Shown piece by piece: positions 26,001 to 39,000 of a stretch of 64,000 bases of DNA. The translations under genes and the position numbers were made by a program. The notes under the pieces are model-generated. The model saw nothing but the letters and a program-made list of their open reading frames with translations, had not been told where the DNA came from and searched no databases. The stretch lies in NCBI RefSeq assembly GCF_009914755.1, contig NC_060937.1; one strand, given 5' to 3'. Numbering within the stretch: position 1 is the first letter of the stretch; each line of letters opens with the position of its first letter. Source of the DNA: the human T2T-CHM13v2.0 reference genome, Homo sapiens.

Positions 26001-28662
26001 GTCTAGATTTTAGATGATGATATTCCCGTTTCCAACGAAATCGTTAGAGCTATCCAAATATCCACTTACAGTTGCTACAAAAACAGTGTTTCCAAACTGC
26101 TGCATCAAAAGAAAGGTTCAACTCTGTTAGTTGAGGACACACATCACAAAGAAGTTTGTGAGAATGCTTCTGTCTAGATTTTGTATGACGATATTCCCTT
26201 TTCCAACGATATCGTTAAAGCAATCTAAATATCCATTTGCAGAATCCACAAAAATAGAGTTTCAAAGCTGCTCTGTAAAAAGAAAGGTTCCACTCTGTTA
26301 GCTGAGTACACACATCACAAACTTGTTTCTCAGAATCCTTCTGTCTCGTTTTTATGGGAAGATATTTACTTTTTCACCGTAGGCATCAAAGCGCTCCAAA
26401 TGTCCACATCCAGATACTCCAGAAAGAGTGTTTCAAACCTGCTCTATGAAAGGGAATCTTCAACTCTATGAGTTGAATGCAGACATCAGAAAGAAATTTC
26501 TGAGAATGCTGCTGTCTACCTTTTATTTGAATTCCCGCTTCCAACGAAATCCTCCAAGCTATCCAAATATCCACTTGCAGATTCCACAAAAAGAGTGTTT
26601 CAAAACTGCTCTCTATCAATGGCAAAGTTCAACTCTGTTAGTTGAGGACACATATCACCAACAAGTTTCTGAGAATGCTTCTGTCTATTTTTTATGGGAA
26701 GATATTTCCTTTTTCACCGTAGGCGTCAAGGCGATCGAAATGTCCACTTCCACAAACTACAAAAAGAGTGTTTCAAACCTGCTCTATGAAAGGCCATGTT
26801 CATCTCTATGAGTCGAATGGAAATATCCGAAAGAAATTTCTGGGAATGCTGCTGTCTAGTTTTTATACGAATTCCCGCTTCCAACGAAATCCTCAAAGCA
26901 ATCCAAATATCCACTTGCAGAATCCACAAAAAGAGTGTTTCAAAACTGCTCTATCAATAGAAAGGTTCAACTCTTTTAGTTGAGTACACACATCACAAAC
27001 AAGTTTCTGAGAATGCTTCTGTCTGGCTTTTATTGGAAGACGTTTCCTTTTCACCAAAGGCATCAAAGCGCTCCAAATGTCCACTTCCAGATTCTTCCAA
27101 AAGAGTGTTTGAAACGTGCTCAAAGTAAGGGAATGTTCAACTCTGTGACTTGAATGCAGATATCACCAAGTAGTTTCTAATAGTGCTTCTGTCTAGATTT
27201 TAGATGATGATATTCCCGTTTCCAACGAAATCGTTAGAGCTATCCAAATATCCACTTACAGTTGCTACAAAAACAGTGTTTCCAAACTGCTGCATCAAAA
27301 GAAAGGTTCAACTCTGTTAGTTGAGGACACACGTCACAAAGAAGTTTGTGAGAATGCTTCTGTCTAGATTTTGTATGACGATATTCCCTTTTCCAACGAT
27401 ATCGTTAAAGCAATCTAAATATCCATTTGCAGAATCCACAAAAATAGAGTTTCAAAGCTGCTCTGTAAAAAGAAAGGTTCCACTCTGTTAGCTGAGTACA
27501 CACATCACAAACTTGTTTCTCAGAATCCTTCTGTCTCGTTTTTATGGGAAGATATTTACTTTTTCACCGTAGGCATCAAAGCGCTCCAAATGTCCACATC
27601 CAGATACTCCAGAAAGAGTGTTTCAAACCTGCTCTATGAAAGGGAATCTTCAACTCTATGAGTTGAATGCAGACATCAGAAAGAAATTTCTGAGAATGCT
27701 GCTGTCTACCTTTTATTTGAATTCCCGCTTCCAACGAAATCCTCCAAGCTATCCAAATATCCACTTGCAGATTCCACAAAAAGAGTGTTTCAAAACTGCT
27801 CTCTATCAATGGCAAAGTTCAACTCTGTTAGTTGAGGACACATATCACCAACAAGTTTCTGAGAATGCTTCTGTCTATTTTTTATGGGAAGATATTTCCT
27901 TTTTCACCGTAGGCGTCAAGGCGATCGAAATGTCCACTTCCACAAACTACAAAAAGAGTGTTTCAAACCTGCTCTATGAAAGGCCATGTTCATCTCTATG
28001 AGTCGAATGGAAATATCCGAAAGAAATTTCTGGGAATGCTGCTGTCTAGTTTTTATACGAATTCCCGCTTCCAACGAAATCCTCAAAGCAATCCAAATAT
28101 CCACTTGCAGAATCCACAAAAAGAGTGTTTCAAAACTGCTCTATCAATAGAAAGGTTCAACTCTTTTAGTTGAGTACACACATCACAAACAAGTTTCTGA
28201 GAATGCTTCTGTCTGGCTTTTATTGGAAGACGTTTCCTTTTCACCAAAGGCATCAAAGCGCTCCAAATGTCCACTTCCAGATTCTTCCAAAAGAGTGTTT
28301 GAAACGTGCTCAAAGTAAGGGAATGTTCAACTCTGTGACTTGAATGCAGATATCACCAAGTAGTTTCTAATAGTGCTTCTGTCTAGATTTTAGATGATGA
28401 TATTCCCGTTTCCAACGAAATCGTTAGAGCTATCCAAATATCCACTTAGTTTCTACAAAAAGAGTGTTTCCAAACTGCTGCATCAAAAGAAAGGTTCAAC
28501 TCTGTTAGTTGAGGACACACATCACAAAGAAGTTTGTGAGAATGCTTCTGTCTAGATTTTGTATGACCATATTCCCTTTTCCAGCGATATCATTAAAGCA
28601 ATCTAAATATCCATTTGCAGAATCCACAAAAATAGAGTTTCAAAGCTGCTCTGTAAAAAGAA

Positions 28663-30022
28663 AGGTTCCACTCTGTTAGCTGAGTACACACATCACAAAC
28701 TTGTTTCTCAGAATCCTTCTGTCTCGTTTTTCTGGGAAGATATTTACTTTTTCACCGTAGGCATCAAAGCGCTCCAAATGTCCACATCCAGATACTCCAG
28801 AAAGAGTGTTTCAAACCTGCTCTATGAAAGGGAATCTTCAACTCTATGAGTTGAATGCAGACATCAGAAAGAAATTTCTGAGAATGCTGCTGTCTACCTT
28901 TTATTTGAATTCCCGCTTCCAACGAAATCCTCCAAGCTATCCAAATATCCACCTGCATTTTCCACAAAAAGAGCGTTTCAAAACTGCTCTATTAATAGAA
29001 ATGTTCAACTCCTTTGGCTGGGTACACACATCACAAACAAGTTTCTGAGAATGCTTCTGTCTAGTTTTTATGGGAAGACATTCCCTTTTTCACCAAAGGC
29101 ATCAAAGCGCTCCAAATGTCCACTTCCAGACACTACAAAAAGAGTGTTTCCAACGTGCTCTAAGAAAGCGAATGTTCAACTCTGTGACTTGAATGCAGAT
29201 ATCACAAAGTAGTTTCTGAGAGGGCTTCTCTCTAGATTTTAGATGATGATATTCCCGTTTCCAACGAAATCATTAGAGCTATCCAAATATCCACTTACAG
29301 TTTCTACAAAAAGAGTGTTTCCAAACTGCTGCATCAAAAGAGAGGTTCCACTCTGTTAGCTGAGTACAAACATCACAAACTTGTTTCTGAGAATCCTTCT
29401 GTCTCGTTTTTATGGGAAGATATTTACTTTTTCACCGTAGGCATCAAAGCGCTCCAAATGTCCACATCCAGATACTCCAGAAAGAGTGTTTCAAACCTGC
29501 TCTATGAAAGGGAATCTTCAACTCTATGAGTTGAATGCAGACATCAGAAAGAAATTTCTGAGAATGCTGCTGTCTACCTTTTATTTGAACTCCCGCTTCC
29601 AACGAAATCCTCCAAGCTATCCAAATATCCACTTGCATTTTCCACAAAAAGAGTGCTTCAAAACTGCTCTATCAATAGAAATGTTCAACTCCTTTAGCTG
29701 GGTGCACACATCACAAACAAGTTTCTGAGAATGCTTCTGTCTAGTTTTTATGGGAAGACATTCCCTTTTTCACCAAAGGCATCAAAGCGCTCCAAATGTC
29801 CACTTCCAGACACTACAAAAAGAGTGTTTCCAACGTGCTCTAAGAAAGCGAATGTTCAACTCTGTGACTTGAATGCAGATATCACAAAGTAGTTTCTGAG
29901 AGGGCTTCTGTCTAGATTTTAGATGATGATATTCCCGTTTCCAACGAAATCATTAGAGCTATCCAAATATCCACTTACAGTTTCTACAAAAAGAGTGTTT
30001 CCAAACTGCTGCATCAAAAGAG
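28663..30022 (-). repeat. Tandem 4-mer pair (stand-alone 4-mer, or a 15-mer together with the preceding L)
   Basis: Marker ORFs at 28764, 29444 and 30124 are spaced 680+680. This is the only SS adjacency in the window. Confidence 0.93.
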
Positions 30023-33000
30023 AGGTTCCACTCTGTTAGCTGAGTACACACATCACAAACTTGTTTCTGAGAATCCTTCTGTGTCGTTTTTATGGGAAGA
30101 TATTTACTTTTTCACTGTAGGCATCAAAGCGCTCCAAATGTCCACATCCAGATACTCCAGAAAGAGTGTTTCAAACCTGCTCTATGAAAGGGAATCTTCA
30201 ACTCTATGAGTTGAATGCAGACATCAGAAAGAAATTTCTGAGAATGCTGCTGTCTACCTTTTATTTGAATTCCCGCTTCCAACGAAATCCTCCAAGCTAT
30301 CCAAATATCCACTTGCAGATTCCACAAAAAGAGTGTTTCAAAACTGCTCTCTATCAATGGCAAAGTTCAACTCTGTTAGTTGAGGACACATATCACCAAC
30401 AAGTTTCTGAGAATGCTTCTGTCTATTTTTTATGGGAAGATATTTCCTTTTTCACCGTAGGCGTCAAGGCGATCGAAATGTCCACTTCCACAAACTACAA
30501 AAAGAGTGTTTCAAACCTGCTCTATGAAAGGCCATGTTCATCTCTATGAGTCGAATGGAAATATCCGAAAGAAATTTCTGGGAATGCTGCTGTCTAGTTT
30601 TTATACGAATTCCCGCTTCCAACGAAATCCTCAAAGCAATCCAAATATCCACTTGCAGAATCCACAAAAAGAGTGTTTCAAAACTGCTCTATCAATAGAA
30701 AGGTTCAACTCTTTTAGTTGAGTACACACATCACAAACAAGTTTCTGAGAATGCTTCTGTCTGGCTTTTATTGGAAGACGTTTCCTTTTCACCAAAGGCA
30801 TCAAAGCGCTCCAAATGTCCACTTCCAGATTCTTCCAAAAGAGTGTTTGAAACGTGCTCAAAGTAAGGGAATGTTCAACTCTGTGACTTGAATGCAGATA
30901 TCACCAAGTAGTTTCTAATAGTGCTTCTGTCTAGATTTTAGATGATGATATTCCCGTTTCCAACGAAATCGTTAGAGCTATCCAAATATCCACTTACAGT
31001 TGCTACAAAAACAGTGTTTCCAAACTGCTGCATCAAAAGAAAGGTTCAACTCTGTTAGTTGAGGACACACGTCACAAAGAAGTTTGTGAGAATGCTTCTG
31101 TCTAGATTTTGTATGACGATATTCCCTTTTCCAACGATATCGTTAAAGCAATCTAAATATCCATTTGCAGAATCCACAAAAATAGAGTTTCAAAGCTGCT
31201 CTGTAAAAAGAAAGGTTCCACTCTGTTAGCTGAGTACACACATCACAAACTTGTTTCTCAGAATCCTTCTGTCTCGTTTTTATGGGAAGATATTTACTTT
31301 TTCACCGTAGGCATCAAAGCGCTCCAAATGTCCACATCCAGATACTCCAGAAAGAGTGTTTCAAACCTGCTCTATGAAAGGGAATCTTCAACTCTATGAG
31401 TTGAATGCAGACATCAGAAAGAAATTTCTGAGAATGCTGCTGTCTACCTTTTATTTGAATTCCCGCTTCCAACGAAATCCTCCAAGCTATCCAAATATCC
31501 ACTTGCAGATTCCACAAAAAGAGTGTTTCAAAACTGCTCTCTATCAATGGCAAAGTTCAACTCTGTTAGTTGAGGACACATATCACCAACAAGTTTCTGA
31601 GAATGCTTCTGTCTATTTTTTATGGGAAGATATTTCCTTTTTCACCGTAGGCGTCAAGGCGATCGAAATGTCCACTTCCACAAACTACAAAAAGAGTGTT
31701 TCAAACCTGCTCTATGAAAGGCCATGTTCATCTCTATGAGTCGAATGGAAATATCCGAAAGAAATTTCTGGGAATGCTGCTGTCTAGTTTTTATACGAAT
31801 TCCCGCTTCCAACGAAATCCTCAAAGCAATCCAAATATCCACTTGCAGAATCCACAAAAAGAGTGTTTCAAAACTGCTCTATCAATAGAAAGGTTCAACT
31901 CTTTTAGTTGAGTACACACATCACAAACAAGTTTCTGAGAATGCTTCTGTCTGGCTTTTATTGGAAGACGTTTCCTTTTCACCAAAGGCATCAAAGCGCT
32001 CCAAATGTCCACTTCCAGATTCTTCCAAAAGAGTGTTTGAAACGTGCTCAAAGTAAGGGAATGTTCAACTCTGTGACTTGAATGCAGATATCACCAAGTA
32101 GTTTCTAATAGTGCTTCTGTCTAGATTTTAGATGATGATATTCCCGTTTCCAACGAAATCGTTAGAGCTATCCAAATATCCACTTACAGTTTCTACAAAA
32201 AGAGTGTTTCCAAACTGCTGCATCAAAAGAAAGGTTCAACTCTGTTAGTTGAGGACACACATCACAAAGAAGTTTGTGAGAATGCTTCTGTCTAGATTTT
32301 GTATGACCATATTCCCTTTTCCAGCGATATCATTAAAGCAATCTAAATATCCATTTGCAGAATCCACAAAAATAGAGTTTCAAAGCTGCTCTGTAAAAAG
32401 AAAGGTTCCACTCTGTTAGCTGAGTACACACATCACAAACTTGTTTCTCAGAATCCTTCTGTCTCGTTTTTATGGGAAGATATTTACTTTTTCACCGTAG
32501 GCATCAAAGCGCTCCAAATGTCCACATCCAGATACTCCAGAAAGAGTGTTTCAAACCTGCTCTATGAAAGGGAATCTTCAACTCTATGAGTTGAATGCAG
32601 ACATCAGAAAGAAATTTCTGAGAATGCTGCTGTCTACCTTTTATTTGAACTCCCGCTTCCAACGAAATCCTCCAAGCTATCCAAATATCCACTTGCATTT
32701 TCCACAAAAAGAGTGCTTCAAAACTGCTCTATCAATAAATGTTCAACTCCTTTAGCTGGGTGCACACATCACAAACAAGTTTCTGAGAATGCTTCTGTCT
32801 AGTTTTTATGGGAAGACATTCCCTTTTTCACCAAAGGCATCAAAGCGCTCCAAATGTCCACTTCCAGACACTACAAAAAGAGTGTTTCCAACGTGCTCTA
32901 AGAAAGCGAATGTTCAACTCTGTGACTTGAATGCAGATATCACAAAGTAGTTTCTGAGAGGGCTTCTGTCTAGATTTTAGATGATGATATTCCCGTTTCC

Positions 33001-36000
33001 AACGAAATCATTAGAGCTATCCAAATATCCACTTACGGTTTCTACAAAAAGAGTGTTTCCAAACTGCTGCATCAAAAGAGAGGTTCCACTCTGTTAGCTG
33101 AGTACACACATCACAAACTTGTTTCTGAGAATCCTTCTGTGTCGTTTTTATGGGAAGATATTTACTTTTTCACCGTAGGCATCAAAGCGCTCCAAATGTC
33201 CACATCCAGATACTCCAGAAAGAGTGTTTCAAACCTGCTCTATGAAAGGGAATCTTCAACTCTATGAGTTGAATGCAGACATCAGAAAGAAATTTCTGAG
33301 AATGCTGCTGTCTACCTTTTATTTGAATTCCCGCTTCCAACGAAATCCTCCAAGCTATCCAAATATCCACTTGCAGATTCCACAAAAAGAGTGTTTCAAA
33401 ACTGCTCTCTATCAATGGCAAAGTTCAACTCTGTTAGTTGAGGACACATATCACCAACAAGTTTCTGAGAATGCTTCTGTCTATTTTTTATGGGAAGATA
33501 TTTCCTTTTTCACCGTAGGCGTCAAGGCGATCGAAATGTCCACTTCCACAAACTACAAAAAGAGTGTTTCAAACCTGCTCTATGAAAGGCCATGTTCATC
33601 TCTATGAGTCGAATGGAAATATCCGAAAGAAATTTCTGGGAATGCTGCTGTCTAGTTTTTATACGAATTCCCGCTTCCAACGAAATCCTCAAAGCAATCC
33701 AAATATCCACTTGCAGAATCCACAAAAAGAGTGTTTCAAAACTGCTCTATCAATAGAAAGGTTCAACTCTTTTAGTTGAGTACACACATCACAAACAAGT
33801 TTCTGAGAATGCTTCTGTCTGGCTTTTATTGGAAGACGTTTCCTTTTCACCAAAGGCATCAAAGCGCTCCAAATGTCCACTTCCAGATTCTTCCAAAAGA
33901 GTGTTTGAAACGTGCTCAAAGTAAGGGAATGTTCAACTCTGTGACTTGAATGCAGATATCACCAAGTAGTTTCTAATAGTGCTTCTGTCTAGATTTTAGA
34001 TGATGATATTCCCGTTTCCAACGAAATCGTTAGAGCTATCCAAATATCCCCTTACAGTTGCTACAAAAACAGTGTTTCCAAACTGCTGCATCAAAAGAAA
34101 GGTTCAACTCTGTTAGTTGAGGACACACATCACAAAGAAGTTTGTGAGAATGCTTCTGTCTAGATTTTGTATGACGATATTCCCTTTTCCAACGATATCG
34201 TTAAAGCAATCTAAATATCCATTTGCAGAATCCACAAAAATAGAGTTTCAAAGCTGCTCTGTAAAAAGAAAGGTTCCACTCTGTTAGCTGAGTACACACA
34301 TCACAAACTTGTTTCTCAGAATCCTTCTGTCTCGTTTTTATGGGAAGATATTTACTTTTTCACCGTAGGCATCAAAGCGCTCCAAATGTCCACATCCAGA
34401 TACTCCAGAAAGAGTGTTTCAAACCTGCTCTATGAAAGGGAATCTTCAACTCTATGAGTTGAATGCAGACATCAGAAAGAAATTTCTGAGAATGCTGCTG
34501 TCTACCTTTTATTTGAATTCCCGCTTCCAACGAAATCCTCCAAGCTATCCAAATATCCACTTGCAGATTCCACAAAAAGAGTGTTTCAAAACTGCTCTCT
34601 ATCAATGGCAAAGTTCAACTCTGTTAGTTGAGGACACATATCACCAACAAGTTTCTGAGAATGCTTCTGTCTATTTTTTATGGGAAGATATTTCCTTTTT
34701 CACCGTAGGCGTCAAGGCGATCGAAATGTCCACTTCCACAAACTACAAAAAGAGTGTTTCAAACCTGCTCTATGAAAGGCCATGTTCATCTCTATGAGTC
34801 GAATGGAAATATCCGAAAGAAATTTCTGGGAATGCTGCTGTCTAGTTTTTATACGAATTCCCGCTTCCAACGAAATCCTCAAAGCAATCCAAATATCCAC
34901 TTGCAGAATCCACAAAAAGAGTGTTTCAAAACTGCTCTATCAATAGAAAGGTTCAACTCTTTTAGTTGAGTACACACATCACAAACAAGTTTCTGAGAAT
35001 GCTTCTGTCTGGCTTTTATTGGAAGACGTTTCCTTTTCACCAAAGGCATCAAAGCGCTCCAAATGTCCACTTCCAGATTCTTCCAAAAGAGTGTTTGAAA
35101 CGTGCTCAAAGTAAGGGAATGTTCAACTCTGTGACTTGAATGCAGATATCACCAAGTAGTTTCTAATAGTGCTTCTGTCTAGATTTTAGATGATGATATT
35201 CCCGTTTCCAACGAAATCGTTAGAGCTATCCAAATATCCACTTACAGTTGCTACAAAAACAGTGTTTCCAAACTGCTGCATCAAAAGAAAGGTTCAACTC
35301 TGTTAGTTGAGGACACACATCACAAAGAAGTTTGTGAGAATGCTTCTGTCTAGATTTTGTATGACCATATTCCCTTTTCCAGCGATATCATTAAAGCAAT
35401 CTAAATATCCATTTGCAGAATCCACAAAAATAGAGTTTCAAAGCTGCTCTGTAAAAAGAAAGGTTCCACTCTGTTAGCTGAGTACACACATCACAAACTT
35501 GTTTCTCAGAATCCTTCTGTCTCGTTTTTATGGGAAGATATTTACTTTTTCACCGTAGGCATCAAAGCGCTCCAAATGTCCACATCCAGATACTCCAGAA
35601 AGAGTGTTTCAAACCTGCTCTATGAAAGGGAATCTTCAACTCTATGAGTTGAATGCAGACATCAGAAAGAAATTTCTGAGAATGCTGCTGTCTACCTTTT
35701 ATTTGAACTCCCGCTTCCAACGAAATCCTCCAAGCTATCCAAATATCCACTTGCATTTCCACAAAAAGAGTGCTTCAAAACTGCTCTATCAATAAATGTT
35801 CAACTCCTTTAGCTGGGTGCACACATCACAAACAAGTTTCTGAGAATGCTTCTGTCTAGTTTTTATGGGAAGACATTCCCTTTTTCACCAAAGGCATCAA
35901 AGCGCTCCAAATGTCCACTTCCAGACACTACAAAAAGAGTGTTTCCAACGTGCTCTAAGAAAGCGAATGTTCAACTCTGTGACTTGAATGCAGATATCAC

Positions 36001-39000
36001 AAAGTAGTTTCTGAGAGGGCTTCTGTCTAGATTTTAGATGATGATATTCCCGTTTCCAACGAAATCATTAGAGCTATCCAAATATCCACTTACGGTTTCT
36101 ACAAAAAGAGTGTTTCCAAACTGCTGCATCAAAAGAGAGGTTCCACTCTGTTAGCTGAGTACACACATCACAAACTTGTTTCTGAGAATCCTTCTGTGTC
36201 GTTTTTATGGCAAGATATTTACTTTTTCACCGTAGGCATCAAAGCGCTCCAAATGTCCACATCCAGATACTCCAGAAAGAGTGTTTCAAACCTGCTCTAT
36301 GAAAGGGAATCTTCAACTCTATGAGTTGAATGCAGACATCAGAAAGAAATTTCTGAGAATGCTGCTGTCTACCTTTTATTTGAATTCCCGCTTCCAACGA
36401 AATCCTCCAAGCTATCCAAATATCCACTTGCAGATTCCACAAAAAGAGTGTTTCAAAACTGCTCTCTATCAATGGCAAAGTTCAACTCTGTTAGTTGAGG
36501 ACACATATCACCAACAAGTTTCTGAGAATGCTTCTGTCTATTTTTTATGGGAAGATATTTCCTTTTTCACCGTAGGCGTCAAGGCGATCGAAATGTCCAC
36601 TTCCACAAACTACAAAAAGAGTGTTTCAAACCTGCTCTATGAAAGGCCATGTTCATCTCTATGAGTCGAATGGAAATATCCGAAAGAAATTTCTGGGAAT
36701 GCTGCTGTCTAGTTTTTATACGAATTCCCGCTTCCAACGAAATCCTCAAAGCAATCCAAATATCCACTTGCAGAATCCACAAAAAGAGTGTTTCAAAACT
36801 GCTCTATCAATAGAAAGGTTCAACTCTTTTAGTTGAGTACACACATCACAAACAAGTTTCTGAGAATGCTTCTGTCTGGCTTTTATTGGAAGACGTTTCC
36901 TTTTCACCAAAGGCATCAAAGCGCTCCAAATGTCCACTTCCAGATTCTTCCAAAAGAGTGTTTGAAACGTGCTCAAAGTAAGGGAATGTTCAACTCTGTG
37001 ACTTGAATGCAGATATCACCAAGTAGTTTCTAATAGTGCTTCTGTCTAGATTTTAGATGATGATATTCCCGTTTCCAACGAAATCGTTAGAGCTATCCAA
37101 ATATCCATTACAGTTGCTACAAAAACAGTGTTTCCAAACTGCTGCATCAAAAGAAAGGTTCAACTCTGTTAGTTGAGGACACACGTCACAAAGAAGTTTG
37201 TGAGAATGCTTCTGTCTAGATTTTGTATGACGATATTCCCTTTTCCAACGATATCGTTAAAGCAATCTAAATATCCATTTGCAGAATCCACAAAAATAGA
37301 GTTTCAAAGCTGCTCTGTAAAAAGAAAGGTTCCACTCTGTTAGCTGAGTACACACATCACAAACTTGTTTCTCAGAATCCTTCTGTCTCGTTTTTATGGG
37401 AAGATATTTACTTTTTCACCGTAGGCATCAAAGCGCTCCAAATGTCCACATCCAGATACTCCAGAAAGAGTGTTTCAAACCTGCTCTATGAAAGGGAATC
37501 TTCAACTCTATGAGTTGAATGCAGACATCAGAAAGAAATTTCTGAGAATGCTGCTGTCTACCTTTTATTTGAATTCCCGCTTCCAACGAAATCCTCCAAG
37601 CTATCCAAATATCCACTTGCAGATTCCACAAAAAGAGTGTTTCAAAACTGCTCTCTATCAATGGCAAAGTTCAACTCTGTTAGTTGAGGACACATATCAC
37701 CAACAAGTTTCTGAGAATGCTTCTGTCTATTTTTTATGGGAAGATATTTCCTTTTTCACCGTAGGCGTCAAGGCGATCGAAATGTCCACTTCCACAAACT
37801 ACAAAAAGAGTGTTTCAAACCTGCTCTATGAAAGGCCATGTTCATCTCTATGAGTCGAATGGAAATATCCGAAAGAAATTTCTGGGAATGCTGCTGTCTA
37901 GTTTTTATACGAATTCCCGCTTCCAACGAAATCCTCAAAGCAATCCAAATATCCACTTGCAGAATCCACAAAAAGAGTGTTTCAAAACTGCTCTATCAAT
38001 AGAAAGGTTCAACTCTTTTAGTTGAGTACACACATCACAAACAATTTTCTGAGAATGCTTCTGTCTGGCTTTTATTGGAAGACGTTTCCTTTTCACCAAA
38101 GGCATCAAAGCGCTCCAAACGTCCACTTCCAGATTCTTCCAAAAGAGTGTTTGAAACGTGCTCAAAGTAAGGGAATGTTCAACTCTGTGACTTGAATGCA
38201 GATATCACCAAGTAGTTTCTAATAGTGCTTCTGTCTAGATTTTAGATGATGATATTCCCGTTTCCAACGAAATCGTTAGAGCTATCCAAATATCCACTTA
38301 CAGTTGCTACAAAAACAGTGTTTCCAAACTGCTGCATCAAAAGAAAGGTTCAACTCTGTTAGTTGAGGACACACGTCACAAAGAAGTTTGTGAGAATGCT
38401 TCTGTCTAGATTTTGTATGACGATATTCCCTTTTCCAACGATATCGTTAAAGCAATCTAAATATCCATTTGCAGAATCCACAAAAATAGAGTTTCAAAGC
38501 TGCTCTGTAAAAAGAAAGGTTCCACTCTGTTAGCTGAGTACACACATCACAAACTTGTTTCTCAGAATCCTTCTGTCTCGTTTTTCTGGGAAGATATTTA
38601 CTTTTTCACCGTAGGCATCAAAGCGCTCCAAATGTCCACATCCAGATACTCCAGAAAGAGTGTTTCAAACCTGCTCTATGAAAGGGAATCTTCAACTCTA
38701 TGAGTTGAATGCAGACATCAGAAAGAAATTTCTGAGAATGCTGCTGTCTACCTTTTATTTGAATTCCCGCTTCCAACGAAATCCTCCAAGCTATCCAAAT
38801 ATCCACTTGCAGATTCCACAAAAAGAGTGTTTCAAAACTGCTCTCTATCAATGGCAAAGTTCAACTCTGTTAGTTGAGGACACATATCACCAACAAGTTT
38901 CTGAGAATGCTTCTGTCTATTTTTTATGGGAAGATATTTCCTTTTTCACCGTAGGCGTCAAGGCGATCGAAATGTCCACTTCCACAAACTACAAAAAGAG

